Assembly: GCA_964016885.1 (NCBI GenBank)
Contig: OZ024748.1
Location: 34,472,001-34,536,000 of the forward strand
DNA length: 64,000 nucleotides
Source: Eledone cirrhosa
Taxonomy: Eukaryota
Direction: 5' to 3'
This document shows, piece after piece, positions 13,761 through 26,798 of this stretch (positions are counted from its first letter, which is position 1; each line of letters starts with the position of its first letter). A program made the position numbers and the translations under genes. Below the pieces are notes generated by a model. It searched no databases, was not told the origin of the DNA, and saw nothing but the letters and a program-made list of their open reading frames with translations.

Positions 13761-13782
13761 ATATATATATGGTCGTGATGAT

Positions 13783-13837
<55 letters not shown>

Positions 13838-13872
13838 TGTGTGTGTATATATATGGTCGTGATGATTGCCAC
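13469..13872. repeat. Microsatellite-centred palindrome (about 33-bp unique arms) plus shorter derivative copies
   Basis: ATGGCAATCAGCAGACATCACGACCATTGCCGC(AC)n(AT)n(GT)nGCGGCAATGGTCGTGATGTCTGCTGATTGCCAT. Partial copies at about 13670, 13770 and 13855. Confidence 0.9.
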
Positions 13873-13983
13873 ATGCAGGGATTATAACAACAAATTAATA
13901 TAATCCCACTTTTGCATTAATTCCCATGAAACGATAGAGATGACAATAAATTTATAGTCATTGACAAATTGGTTGCTTAGTTC

Positions 13984-14166
13984 GGTGGAGCTGGTGGTGG
14001 GTTTGGTGGTGGTGCTAGTGGTGGGTTTGGTGGTGGTGCTGGTGGTGGGTTTGGTGGTGGTGCTGGTGGTGGGTTTGGTGGTGGTGCTGATGGTGGGTTT
14101 GGTGGTGGTGCTGGTGGTAGGTTTGGTGGTGGTGCTGGTGGTGGGTTTGGTGGTGGGGCTGGTGGT
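13984..14166. repeat. 24-bp minisatellite GGTGGTGGGTTTGGTGGTGGTGCT
   Basis: About 7 tandem units. Confidence 0.9.
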
Positions 14167-14562
14167 AGAGGTGTGTGATGTTGGTGATGGTGTTGATATC
14201 GGTGGTAGTGGTGGCGTTGATATTTGTGATGGTGGTGGTAGTGGTGGTGTGTGATTGTGATGGTGTGCGTTGTGTGATGGCAGTGGTAAGGTGGGGTGGC
14301 AGTGAGGATGAGGTGTGAGGGTGGTGTGTTAGGGTGGAGGTGTTGGTGTTATAGTTACTGTTGTTTCGTCATAAGTCTGTCTTGCTTCATCATCACCATC
14401 ACCATTGTCATCACCACCATCACCATCCCCACCAACCCATCATCATAGTCACCAGCCGAAGCTCAGCCGTCGGGGTCCTGAATCCTTTCCTATTACCCAC
14501 TCTACTACCCCAAGTATCGAGTACTCTGGTGGGTTATGGTCAACCTGTTTTTTTACACCCTA

Positions 14563-14626
<64 letters not shown>

Positions 14627-14709
14627 CTTCAAAATATTAATAAATATATATATATATATATATATTACTTCAAAATATTAATAAATATAGACATTCATGT
14701 GATCAAATA

Positions 14710-14756
14710 TATTTTATTATACATATTTCAACAGTACGCCCTCATCAGATAAAATA
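14710..14756 (-). ncRNA. Minimal type-I hammerhead ribozyme motif (family A)
   Basis: Minus strand: TATTTTAT-CTGATGA-GGGCGTACTGTT-GAAA-T-ATGT-A-TA^ATAAAATA. 8-bp stem I, weak stem II. Confidence 0.7.
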
Positions 14757-16095
14757 AGTTGATGCTTGACATACCTTGACTATGTTGATGGTTACAATTC
14801 AGTTATGGCAGTGAATAAGTTAGGACAAAACTCAATATTTATATACCTTAAGTTGGAACATGAAAAAATTACATATAGTACAGAGGGTGCGTGTGAGAAT
14901 GTGTATAAAGATACATAATAATAAATAACTAATAATATATAATATAATATAAGCCTACAAAACTGTTAAAAATTTAAATAATTTTAATAAAATAAGATAT
15001 GGATAACACATTATTGCAGATAGAGGAAGTGAAAGATGGAGAGAGTAACTCATGAGGAAAGAGAGAATGACGAGAAAAATACATGATCATATGCAGGAAA
15101 GGCAAGAGAACTGACCAAAGGATAGAGAGAAGAAGAGAGAAATAAGTTTAATAGTATAAACACAGGGAGGAAGACATGTATTGTAAAGGATAAACAGCGT
15201 ATAATTAGATGAGGGGGGAAATATAAATATAAATATATATCTGGGCATAGCTGGATGACCGTTTATTTTCGAATTCTTATGTTAGTTAGAAATAGTCAAT
15301 TAATCCAATGACAAAAGATTTCTGACTATAAAATGTATAAGGATTTATATTATAGTATAATATCATATTTAAAGTGTTTGCAAACATGAGAAAGAAAAAA
15401 CTTAAGATTATCATCACTCCAAAGATAATCAAAATTATATTATATTAAAATTAAGAAATATAATCAATATATAAGTTAGAAAAACAATTGCAATTATAAA
15501 ATTAAAATTAAAATGCCCTTAAGTATCCTAAAGCCATATAAATGCATTTAAATAGCATATTATTAAACTATATATACGCGTTTGTATAATTTATATATAG
15601 AGTATAATGTTTAAAGTTTAAGACGATATTAGTCAGTTATATATAATATAATAAATATAAATACTGTTAATAGTGTTATAAATTTGATTCGACTATATTA
15701 TAGTGCAATTAAAATTTCACATCAAGTTAAGTGGAAAAAATTAGTCAACTAGGATCATGTGAGACTTTTATACTATAAATATACAAACCAATCTTCCTGA
15801 ATCATAAACAAACATTCAAAATAAATAAATGGTTCATGAGTCTAAATACAATATAAGTGTCAAATATATAAGCTATACGATTTAAAAATACAAAAAAATA
15901 CAAAATTAAATGTATTTAAACAATCAAATGATATGCATACTCAGCAATAGATCATGTTAACAATTTATATGTTCAGGTAGAACCCTTAATCTAACATTAA
16001 TCATATCATAAATAATAAAATTATTAGAAGTATAGGATATAGTATCGTTTTAGGCTCTTAGTCGATAATAAACATCAAAATCAAAACATATTTAT

Positions 16096-17022
16096 TCAAT
16101 GTTTTTTCCTGACCTTTTGTGAGGCTTGGAATGTAGATGTAGCTTTGTGTAAGCAATTTGAGAATAATTCACTTTTTTTATTAATTAAGTTATCATAATT
16201 AGTAATTATTAATAGGGTCTCCATAGTACAAAGATTGCAGTTAGGTTATAGTGAAGAATTCAAGTAGACTTGACTATTACACAGTTTGGACCACGAAATA
16301 GAGTATTTTAATTTTTTGTCTTTTAACGACCATATAAGTTGTGATAAAGAGGTCGAAAATTTCCTATTAGGATTCGAAAATGAATATTTGTGATTCGAAA
16401 ATCTTAATTTAAAGGTCGATGAAGTTGCACCTATATAGTTGTGTGTGATGTTATTTGCTTTAACGGTACATTTATAAACTACATTCTTATAAAGACAATT
16501 ATTTTTCGGAGGGCAATTTGATCTATTTCTACAATTACATTTCGATTTATTGTTATTAGTATAATTTGAACAGTTCACGTTAACATTGCTAATACTTGGA
16601 GGTGTTCTATTGATAGTGCTTAAATTAATGTTATTGTTATTCCAAGTATTAATATTATTAGTGTTAATATTGTCATTATCCCTAATTGTTTGTTGGTTAT
16701 GATTAAGAATTCTACTATTTATTTTTGCAATGTTATGGGCCATATTCATAGTTGTAGAATAAGATAGCTTAATTGTGTGTCTATTGAATATGGAACGGTA
16801 CTTATGTGTTCTGGGAAAACATTTATCTAAAGCTTTAAAGAATAAATTTGCCAGCGGTGTTCTGATTGCTAAAGAGGCAGGAGGTGCAAACCAAATAACA
16901 GGTTTGGTTCTGATTTTTTCCCCAGATTTATTCACGGCATTGGTGTTTTTATTTATATTTAAATGATGTTTAGAATCTAGTTTATTTATGTTAGTCGTAT
17001 TTTTACCTAGTTTGTAATTCAA
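16096..17022 (-). pseudogene. Penelope-like element (Naiad-type) linker + GIY-YIG endonuclease, RT missing
   Basis: VIWFAPP...KCFP..HKYRSIFNRHTIKLSYST linker, then CNCRxxxxCPxxxxCL-VVYKC...YIGAT..FKxRFxNH..SF...SLSQLIWSLK. After one stop it continues CNLCTMET..LINKKSELFSNCLH. Confidence 0.88.
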
Positions 17023-17076
17023 ATTATTATTATTCAGATATTATCGGGATAATAATAATTTGAATCATTCTCGCTA

Positions 17077-17182
17077 GCTCTGATGAATTGACTGGTTACA
17101 ACTATGTATTGGTGATCGAATGACGCGAAAACATGCGGGTTGCGATCTCTAGACCTACCAGTTCAGAGAAACAATTGTCAGC
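17077..17182 (+). ncRNA. Minimal hammerhead motif with extended (about 80-nt) stem II (family B), in an inverted terminal segment 17065-17245
   Basis: GCT-CTGATGA-ATTGACTGGT...ACCAGTTCAGA-GAAA-C-AATT-G-TC^AGC. Canonical GUC cleavage triplet and palindromic loop III. Confidence 0.78.
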
Positions 17183-17277
17183 AATGTGATTAAAAACCTT
17201 TTTTGTCTTTTTTGTATAGCAAACCGTGTCACTCTTCATTCTTGATTATATATATATATATATATAGCTGTAGTGAC

Positions 17278-17335
<58 letters not shown>

Positions 17336-17409
17336 CCTATATATATATATATGTATTACCAAAAGAAGCTCGTATTATAGCCTATATATATATATATAGG
17401 CTATAATAG

Positions 17410-17580
17410 GAGTTTCTTACCAAATGTTAAGAAACTCGATATATTAACCCCTTAGGAAAGGGCATAGAGCATACTTTTTTTCAATTATATATATACAGTG
17501 GAGGTGGAACCTGGGTGGGGAGAGGCTGCCCTCACCCCAATAATTATATTTTCTCCCCAAACTACCAACACACATCTATC
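17410..17580 (+). repeat. Dispersed repeat with a DNA-transposon-like terminus; inverted copy at 47262-47420
   Basis: TTACCAAATG...TATACAGTGGAGGTGGAAC...TTCTCCCCAAACTACCAACACACATCTAT matches the reverse complement of 47262-47420. Confidence 0.6.
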
Positions 17581-18059
17581 AAGAGATGTGCTACAATTTA
17601 TGTACATGTTATGTTTATCGCATATCGAAGTTGTCTGACCATTTTACAGTGCAAAGAGCTAAACTAGTCACTCCAGCTAAGTTGTCCAAATTTGGCCATA
17701 CCACAATTCAGAAACAGTTCCACCGTTGGTTAAACAACAACAACAACAACAACCTATGTACCTTGGGTTAACAAACACTGGGGGAGGAGGAAGAGGGGTG
17801 GCAATAATGACATGCTAGAAATAACAGCAGAATTCCTCTCAACCTGCACTTTACCGTCTTTGGTCTTTGAAGTGACCCAATGACCAATGTAGTTCTGGGT
17901 GTTTCGTCTAAAAACACTATGAGATGGTCATGGCTAGAATGCTTTGATCAGGGCTGACCTAGGGCTAAATAACAGCAACTAAAAGCACCACAAACGTTAC
18001 AATTTTCACACGTACAAATACACCTGCACATACACTCTGTCTCCCTCTGTATCTAATAC

Positions 18060-18190
18060 AAACACAAAATACGCTCACATATACACACACACAGAAATAT
18101 TACCATACATACACACATATACACACAAACAGAAATATTACCATACATACACACATATAAACACACACACACACACACAGAAATATTACC

Positions 18191-18221
<31 letters not shown>

Positions 18222-20518
18222 GAAGTATTAGCATACATACACATATACACACACAGAAATATTACCATACATACACACATATACACACACACAGAAATAT
18301 TACCATACATACACACACATATACACACATATACACACACAGAAATATTACCATACATACATACACACACATATACACACACACATAAATATTACTGTAC
18401 ATACACACATTACCATACATACACACACACACAGAAATATTACCATACATACACACATATAGACACACACAAAAATATTAGCATACGTACACACACACAC
18501 ATAGAAATATTACCATACATACACACACACAGAAATATTACCATACATACACACATATATACACACACAGAAATATTACGATACAAACACACATATACAC
18601 ACACAGAAATATTACCATATATATACACATATACACACACAGAAATATTACCACACATACACACATATACACACACAGAAATATTACCATATATACACAT
18701 ATATACACACACACACAGAAATATTACCATACATACACACATATACACACACAGAAATATTGCCATACATACACACATATACACCCACAGAAATATTACA
18801 ATACATACACACACACACACACACAGAAATATTAACATACATACACACATAGACACACACACAGAAATATTACCATACATACACACATATACACATACAC
18901 AGAAATATTACCATACATACACACGTATACACACACACAGAAATATTACCATACATACACACATATACACACACAGAAATATTACCATACATATACACAC
19001 ACCCACACAGAAATATTACCATACATAGACACATATACACACACACAGAAATATTACCATACATAAACACATATACACACTCAGAAATATTACCATACAT
19101 ACACACGTATACACACACAGAAATATTACCATACATACATACATATACACACACACAGAAATATTACCATACATACACACACATACACATACACATATAC
19201 ACACACAGAAATATTACCATATACACACACATATACACACACAGAAATATTACCATATATACACACATACACACACACACACAGAGAAATACTACCATTC
19301 ATACACATACACATACACACACACAAACAGAAATATTACCATACATACACACACACACACACACAGAGAAATATTGCCATACTTACACACACACACAGAA
19401 GTATTACAATACATACACATATATACACGCACAGAAATATAACCATACATACACACATATACACACACACACAGAGAAATATTACCATACATACACACAC
19501 ATATACACACATATACACACACAGAAATATTACCGTACATACACAGAAACATATACACACACACACACAGAAATATTACCATACATACACACATATACAC
19601 ACACACAGAAATATTAGCATGCATACACACACACTCGCAGAGAAATATTACACTACATACATACACACACACACATAAATATTACCATACATACACACAG
19701 ATATACACACAGAGAAATATTACAATACATACACACATATACAGACACAGAAATATTACCATATATACACACATATACACACACAGAATTATTACCATAT
19801 ATACACACATATACACACACAGAAATATTACCACACATACACACATATACACACAGAAATATTGCCATACACACACACACAGAAATATTACCATACATAC
19901 ACACACATATACACACACAGAAATATTACCATACATGCACAGATATACACACTCAGAAATGGTACCATACATACACACATATACACACACAGAAATATTA
20001 CCACACATACACACATATACACACACAGAAATATTACCATACATACACACATATACACACACAGAAATATTACCATACATACACAGATATACACACACAG
20101 AAATATTACCATACATACACACACCCACACACACAGAAATATTACCATACATACACACATATACACACACACAGAAATATTACCATACATATACACACAC
20201 ACACAGAAATATTACCATACATACACACATATACACACACACAGAAATATTACCATACATACACATATACACACACACACAGAAATATTACCATACTTAC
20301 ACACACACACACAGAAATATTACCATACTTACACACACACACACGCACATAAATATTACCATACTTACACACATATACACACAAACACACACAGAAGTAT
20401 TACCATACTTACACACATATACACACAAACAGAAATATTACCATACATACACACATATACACACCAAGAAATATTACCAGACATACACACGCACAGAAGT
20501 ATTACCATACACACACAA
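18060..20518. repeat. Microsatellite-derived minisatellite, about 30-45-bp units with core CAGAAATATTACCATAC and a variable (CA)n/(TA) linker
   Basis: Dozens of tandem units. Confidence 0.95.
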
Positions 20519-20547
20519 GTTTCTAGTCATTAATACTCCCCCTCATT

Positions 20548-21725
20548 CACCACCACACTCGACACCTCTCCCACCACCACACACCACACCTCTCCCACCA
20601 CCACACACCACACCTCTCCCACCACCACACTCCACCCCTCTCCCACCACCACACTCCACCCCTCTCCCACCAGCACACTCCACCCCTCTCCCACCACCAC
20701 ACTCCACACCTCTCCCACCAGCACACTCCAGCCCCTCTCCCACCACCACACTCCACCCCTCTCCCACCACCACACTCCACACATCTCCCACCACCACACA
20801 CCCCACCTCTCCCACCACCACACTCCACACCTCTCCCACCACCACACCCCACACCTCTCCCACCACCACACTCCACACCTCTCCCACCACCACACTCCAC
20901 ACCTCTCCCACCACCACACCCCACACCTCTCCCACCACCACACTCCACACCTCTCCCACCACCACACTCCACACCTCTCCCACCACCACACTCCACACAT
21001 CTCCCACCACCACACTCCACACCTCTCCCACCGCCACACTCCACACCTCTCCCACCGCCACACCCCACACCTCTCCCACCGCCACACTCCACACCTCTCC
21101 CACCACCACACCTCACACCTCTCCCACCACCACACTCCACCCCTCTCCCACCACCACACTCCACACCTCTCCCACCACCACACTCCACACATCTCCCACC
21201 ACCACACTCCACACCTCTCCCACCAGCACACTCCACCCCTCTCCCACCACCACACTCCACCCCTCTCCCACCACCACACTCCACACATCTCCCACCACCA
21301 CACACCCCACCTCTCCCACCACCACACTCCACACCTCTCCCACCACCACACCCCACACCTCTCCCACCACCACACTCCACCCCTCTCCCACCACCACACT
21401 CCACACCTCTCCCACCACCACACTCCACACCTCTCCCACCACCACACTCCACACCTCTCCCACCACCACACTCCACACCTCTCCCACCACCACACCCCAC
21501 ACCTCTCCCACCACCACACTCCACACCTCTCACACCACCACACTCCACACCTCTCCCACCGCCACACTCCACACCTCTCCCACCGCCACACCCCACACCT
21601 CTCCCACCGCCACACTCCACACCTCTCCCACCACCACACCTCACACCTCTCCCACCACCACACTCCACACCTCACTACCACCACACTCCACACCTCTCCC
21701 ACCACCACACTCCACACCTCTCCCT
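20548..21725. repeat. 24-bp minisatellite CTCCCACCACCACACTCCACACCT
   Basis: About 48 tandem units with low divergence. Confidence 0.97.
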
Positions 21726-22269
21726 CTACCACTACATACCGACGCTTTAGAATTATCGTTTAAATCTCGTTTTTTCCTACATGTCATTATTGCCTCCCCC
21801 TCTTCCTCCACCCCCAGCTCATCATCATCACCCATCTCCTCCCACCCAGTCTCATTTGCAAGTACCTAATTATTCACCTCCTCCTCCTCGTACTCTCACG
21901 TGGTCTTCACTCCACCTTTGTGCACCACGTGATATTATCCAACCAATAAAACAATTGAATAACTATTTTGTTCTCTGTTATTAATTGTTTTCAGTTTTTT
22001 GTTCTTTTTAATAAGATATCACGATTACACACACACACATACACACATGTGTGTATGTGCATGTGTATGTCTGTGCATGTGTATGTCTGTCCATGTATAT
22101 ACAGATACATATATATAGTGTCATTGGCCAGTTCTACGATGTACGTCCTCTTCTACCAATGATGTGCTCCAGTTTCCCCACAGTTACAAGCTGACCAACC
22201 CAGTGTTTAACACGTCTCTCTCTGACGACCCTAACAAAATTACTAAGCTTGTATTTTTTACTGAACAAA

Positions 22270-22328
<59 letters not shown>

Positions 22329-22434
22329 GAGAGAGGGGTGGGGGGTGGGGGCATATGAAAATATTTGGTGCCCGACTGCGCGGTGAGAGACACCTTGTTC
22401 TTGTCAGGATATAATTCTGAATATATGCTCCCAT

Positions 22435-22500
<66 letters not shown>

Positions 22501-22543
22501 CAATATATTAACAAATGGAAACAATATTTATAAAACCATATTT

Positions 22544-22607
22544 ATTTCATTATACATATTTCAAGGGCCACCTGAGTAAACTATGGTGCGCTTTCATCAG
22601 ATAAAAT
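22544..22607 (-). ncRNA. Minimal hammerhead motif (family A)
   Basis: ATTTTAT-CTGATGA-AAGCGCACCATAG.TTTA.CTCAGGTGGCCCTT-GAAA-T-ATGT-A-TA^ATGAAAT. Confidence 0.8.
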
Positions 22608-22695
22608 ATAATATAGGTTAGTTTTATAAATAAATATTGACATACCCTTAAAAAATATTTTGCTTGTTGTATCCCAACAAATTAAATATAACCTC

Positions 22696-22785
<90 letters not shown>

Positions 22786-22844
22786 GTATGTATGTTTGTA
22801 TGTATATATAGAAAGAGAAATATATATGTATATATGCATATATA

Positions 22845-22917
<73 letters not shown>

Positions 22918-23002
22918 GTTATATTTAATTTGTTGGGATACAACAAGCAAAATATTTTTTAAGGGTATGTCAATATTTATTTATAAAACAAACCTATATT
23001 AG

Positions 23003-23066
23003 ATTTTATCTGATGAAAGCGCACCATAGTTTACTCTGGTGGCCCTTGAAATATGCATAATGAAAT
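23003..23066 (+). ncRNA. Minimal hammerhead motif (family A)
   Basis: ATTTTAT-CTGATGA-AAGCGCACCATAG.TTTA.CTCTGGTGGCCCTT-GAAA-T-ATGC-A-TA^ATGAAAT. Confidence 0.82.
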
Positions 23067-23108
23067 AAATATGGTTTTATAAATATTGTTTCCATTTGTT
23101 AATATATT

Positions 23109-23154
<46 letters not shown>

Positions 23155-23354
23155 CGTTTCTGATTTTGTTTAGCAAGATTCTTTATCTGAAAACGTGTGT
23201 CGAAACCGATATTGTTATACTTTGGGAGGGTCATGTTGCCAATAAGAAACACACGCACCAGTTGCTTTCACTTCAATTTATTATAATAAATTTAGGAATT
23301 TATAAATTTCTGGTTGGTTGGTTGGTTCCACAACCAGATGATTGTTTATATATT

Positions 23355-23397
23355 GTCAAAGTTCTTTCGTCACACATTCTGTGACCTCTTCAGTGAC
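23355..23397 (-). ncRNA. Minimal hammerhead motif (family C) in the 3' end of the 23150-24915 Penelope-like element
   Basis: GTCA-CTGAAGA-G-GTCACA.GAATG.TGTGAC-GAAA-GAAC-TT^TGAC. Same strand as, and downstream of, the GIY-YIG ORF. Confidence 0.72.
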
Positions 23398-23879
23398 TGG
23401 GGATTCTTTTCTTTGTTTTTGTGCCTCTCCTTTGTTCTATCCTACGCCATCAAACAAGACGTACATTTCTCCCAGTTGGGCTTCTCAAGGGCATAAATAA
23501 TCAAAAGTGTTCCTTACATTGCTCGGAAAGAGTTTTTGGGGTTAAATCCACGTCAAGGTACATTGCTCGCAAAAATAGCTTGTTTTGATTTTGCAGCAGG
23601 TCAAGGGAGGTAACTCTGGCCGATGTTAGGGCAGTCTTTCCCGGACAAATTTTTTATCCGCTACGAGATGAGGTTACAACCTTACCATTGTCGATACGCA
23701 TGTAATCAACGCTTATTTTGAGAGCTTTTTTTGCCGCATCTGTTTGTCTGAGTCGTTTGAGGCTGGGTCTGGGATGCAAGGATAGTTTCCTGGGTGTTAT
23801 TTTGCAGCGCCTGTCCGCCAGGGTGTTAAGACTTGTTGCAGGGAGATCCGGTGCACGGTTTCACTCCTCATCCTTAACC

Positions 23880-24914
23880 CATCTGAAGAAGGATATTTTA
23901 AAGCGATGTGTACAACATATGTGTACAGCTCTGCTGTTGATGAGCTCGTGGGGTGCAGTTATGATATGGTTGAGCTCCATGAGGCAAAGATCGCTTTTCC
24001 TCTTGAAGTTATACGGTGCAGCCCTGCCGACAATATCCCAGTGCGTGGAGAAGCTGATGTTTAAGTCCTTTAGTGATGTGATGCAGTCCGCGAGCGAAGT
24101 GGAGTGTCTTAGTTTTTTTATTTGTGAAAGAGTGGAGATGTGTTTGAAACCTAATTTTGAACGGGCCGGTGGTAGCCCCTATATAATGTTTAACGCTATT
24201 GTGGCTAGTTATAGTGCATCTATATATAACCCTATCAGTCAAGCAGTATCCTCTAAGGGGGAAGCGTCCTCTGTCGCGGCAGTTGCAATTTCTGTCGCCG
24301 TTCCGTCTATTTCCCACGTAAGGCTATCATTGTTGCTGCCTACGTTGTTACCCACGCTCCCGCAGCTGTCGTTATCACCATTACAACCCACAGCACGCGA
24401 GGTGGTGCGATTGTTAATCCGCCCGTCATGTCCTGCATGTTCTCCAGTCATTTCGCGGTTATGCTGGTTGCGTCTGAGGATGCCGTTGCCAACACTATTG
24501 GATGCTGCCAGGGAGTTGTTAACGCCGATATAGTTATTGTCAAGTGTAGGTGCGTCTGTGTCGAGGTGCTGTGTCTTGGTGATCTTACTGTGGTTCGTTG
24601 TTCCTATGATGTCTGCTAGGTTAGGAGTAGTAGAGAAGGATATTTTTATATTGTTCCTATTAAGAATATTTCTATACCTATGGTTGGGCGGGAAGTTCTC
24701 TAAGGCTTCGAAGAACATCCGGGGTATGTTGGAGGCCACACTCCGAGAGTAGGGGGGTGGAACCATAGGACGTTACGGTGGCGATTACGTGTCCTTGTAC
24801 GTTTGCTACGGGTGGTTCCATCTAGGTGACCACTCTTCTGTGTGTTAATGCGCCGTCGCCCGTTCGGTGCCCCTTTCACTTTATGCTCGGGTGCACTCTT
24901 CTTACCTCTTCCAT

Positions 24915-24915
<1 letters not shown>
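23880..24915 (-). pseudogene. Penelope-like element (Naiad-type) linker + GIY-YIG endonuclease, frameshifted, RT missing
   Basis: RHRNVLWF/PPYSRSVASNIPRMFFEALENFPPNHRYRNILNRNNIKISFST, then CNCRDRGRFPLRGYCLTDRVIYRC...HYIGATTGPFKIRFQTH. 5' end abuts (TA)n at 24917. Confidence 0.87.
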
Positions 24916-24950
<35 letters not shown>

Positions 24951-25176
24951 GGGGTAACAAATAATAGTTATATGTAGTCCACTTAGGTGTAGTCCAGTTA
25001 TGGTACTCCAGGCAGTGGATGATATCAACGCTTGGGTAAGTTTGACTCAACAAGGCGTTTCCATAGTGATGCTGCGAGTACGCTGTAATTCCTATGTTGT
25101 AAACACTTGGAGTAATAATATATCAGGAAAGAAGAGTGACACGGTTTGCTATACAAAAAAGGTTTTTAATCTCATT

Positions 25177-25282
25177 GCTGACAATTGTTTCTCTGAACTG
25201 GTACGTCTAGAGATCGCTATCCGCTTATTTTCGCGTTACTCGATCGCCAATACAAAATTATAACCAGTCAGTTCATCGGAGC
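25177..25282 (-). ncRNA. Hammerhead motif family B, core variant CCGATGA
   Basis: Homologous to 17077-17182, with GAAA-C-AATT-G-TC^AGC intact. Confidence 0.6.
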
Positions 25283-25649
25283 TTGCGAGAATGAAGAGAA
25301 TATACAGGCATGAAAAGAATATACAGGTTACTATATGTAGTAATAATGGCATTCAGTTAGAACAATAACAACAGATCAACAATGCTTGCAATAAATTATT
25401 TGAAATAATCACAACATCAATCCAGGTGGGAAGTATAGTATATCTATGATTTTAGCGTGTAAAACTAGCTGACATGAGGCAGATGTATAAAATTGACATG
25501 TAAAGACTGTCGTAGGGTGTATTATATCAAGTGTAAAGATAAGCTGGTGTTTTTAAACAATGTAGGTCAGGTGGCCGTAATAGTCGGTTTTTATCTGACC
25601 GATGAAGTATTTATCACTGTAGTGGAATTTGTGTGGTCTAGAAGGACTA

Positions 25650-25817
25650 TCATAAAATTTGAAAATAGCTACTGGGTAAGAAGAGATAGGATAAACAGCT
25701 TCGATATAACAATGGGATCAAATGACTCTGCGCAAATAACAGACATCGTGGGGCTATTCATAGCACACAACCTACATAAGGAATTCAATAACCTCCAAGG
25801 AGGGATTTATAGAGATT
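25650..25817 (+). pseudogene. Penelope-like (Naiad-type) reverse transcriptase core fragment
   Basis: WVRRDRINSFDITMGSNDSAQITDIVGLFIAHNL...GGIYRD resembles the PLE RT signature FDVTMGSxDGAExxxLVGL...GLYRDD. Confidence 0.75.
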
Positions 25818-26692
25818 TAAATATCTATCTTCTGCAGACACAGAATCGCCACTAAATTCATAAGATTTAAACCTCCATGAATCGAACCGACGAAACATAG
25901 CTTTCAACTAGGATACCCACTACTCTGCACGAATCACCACAGAAATATAATCATTAAGTACATTCTAGCCTTCTTAGTTCTATACCACACTAATGTCTGT
26001 AAGTACCTCATCAACTCATAAACTTATCTCTTCTCAGCTGCTGTCATAAATTGATCCTAAATCCAAGAACATTTCGAAATATTACTACAACAGAACTTTA
26101 CCTTCCTCTTGCTATAATTATAGTCAGCATGTTTTCTCTTTGTATGTATGTATGTATTTGTATGTGTGTGTGTATATATATGTATATGTTTGTGTGCATG
26201 TGTGTGTGTATATATATGTATATATATATTACCTCCTTAACCTCTGTATTAACTTGCCCATTATTTAGCTTTGTTAGTGTTGTCTTATACATGTATGTTA
26301 TTGAGGATGAGAAAGATAGACAGCACTCTCATCTAATATAGACCATACAAATTCCACTACAGTGATAAATACTTCATCGGTCAGATAAAAACCGACTATT
26401 ACGGCCACCTGACCTACATTGTTTAAAAACACCAGCTTATCTTTACACTTGATATAATACACCCTACGACAGTCTTTACATGTCAATTTTATACATCTGC
26501 CTCATGTCAGATAGTTTTACACCGCTAAAATCATAGATATACTATACTTCCCACCTAGATTGATGTGATTATTTCAAATAATTTATTGCTAGCATTGTTG
26601 ATGTTGTTATTGTTCTAACTGAATGCCATTACTACTACATATAGTAACCTGTATATTCTTTCCATGCCTGTATATTCTCTTCATTCTCGCAA

Positions 26693-26798
26693 GCTCCGAT
26701 GAACTGACTGGTTATAATTTTGTATTGGCGATCAAGTAACGCGAAAATAAGCGGATAGCGATCTCTAGACGTACCAGTTCAGAGAAACAATTGTCAGC
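26693..26798 (+). ncRNA. Hammerhead motif family B, core variant CCGATGA
   Basis: GCT-CCGATGA-ACTGACTGGT...ACCAGTTCAGA-GAAA-CAATTG-TC^AGC. Confidence 0.6.

Larger units (their letters stand above)
22502..23108. mobile_element. Fold-back element: about 198-bp inverted arms around a (TA)n/(TG)n core, each arm with an outward-facing hammerhead
   Basis: 22502-22699 versus 22911-23108 near-perfect inverted repeat. (TA)n on both flanks. Confidence 0.88.

Noticed and set aside
19935-21869. 644-aa mucin-like ORF and overlapping Cys/Gly-rich ORFs
   Set aside because: Stop-free readings of two minisatellites, open in several frames on both strands.
23718-24533. 271-aa plus-strand ORF (also 36445-37284 minus)
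   Set aside because: Antisense shadows of the GIY-YIG pseudogenes with no recognisable motifs.
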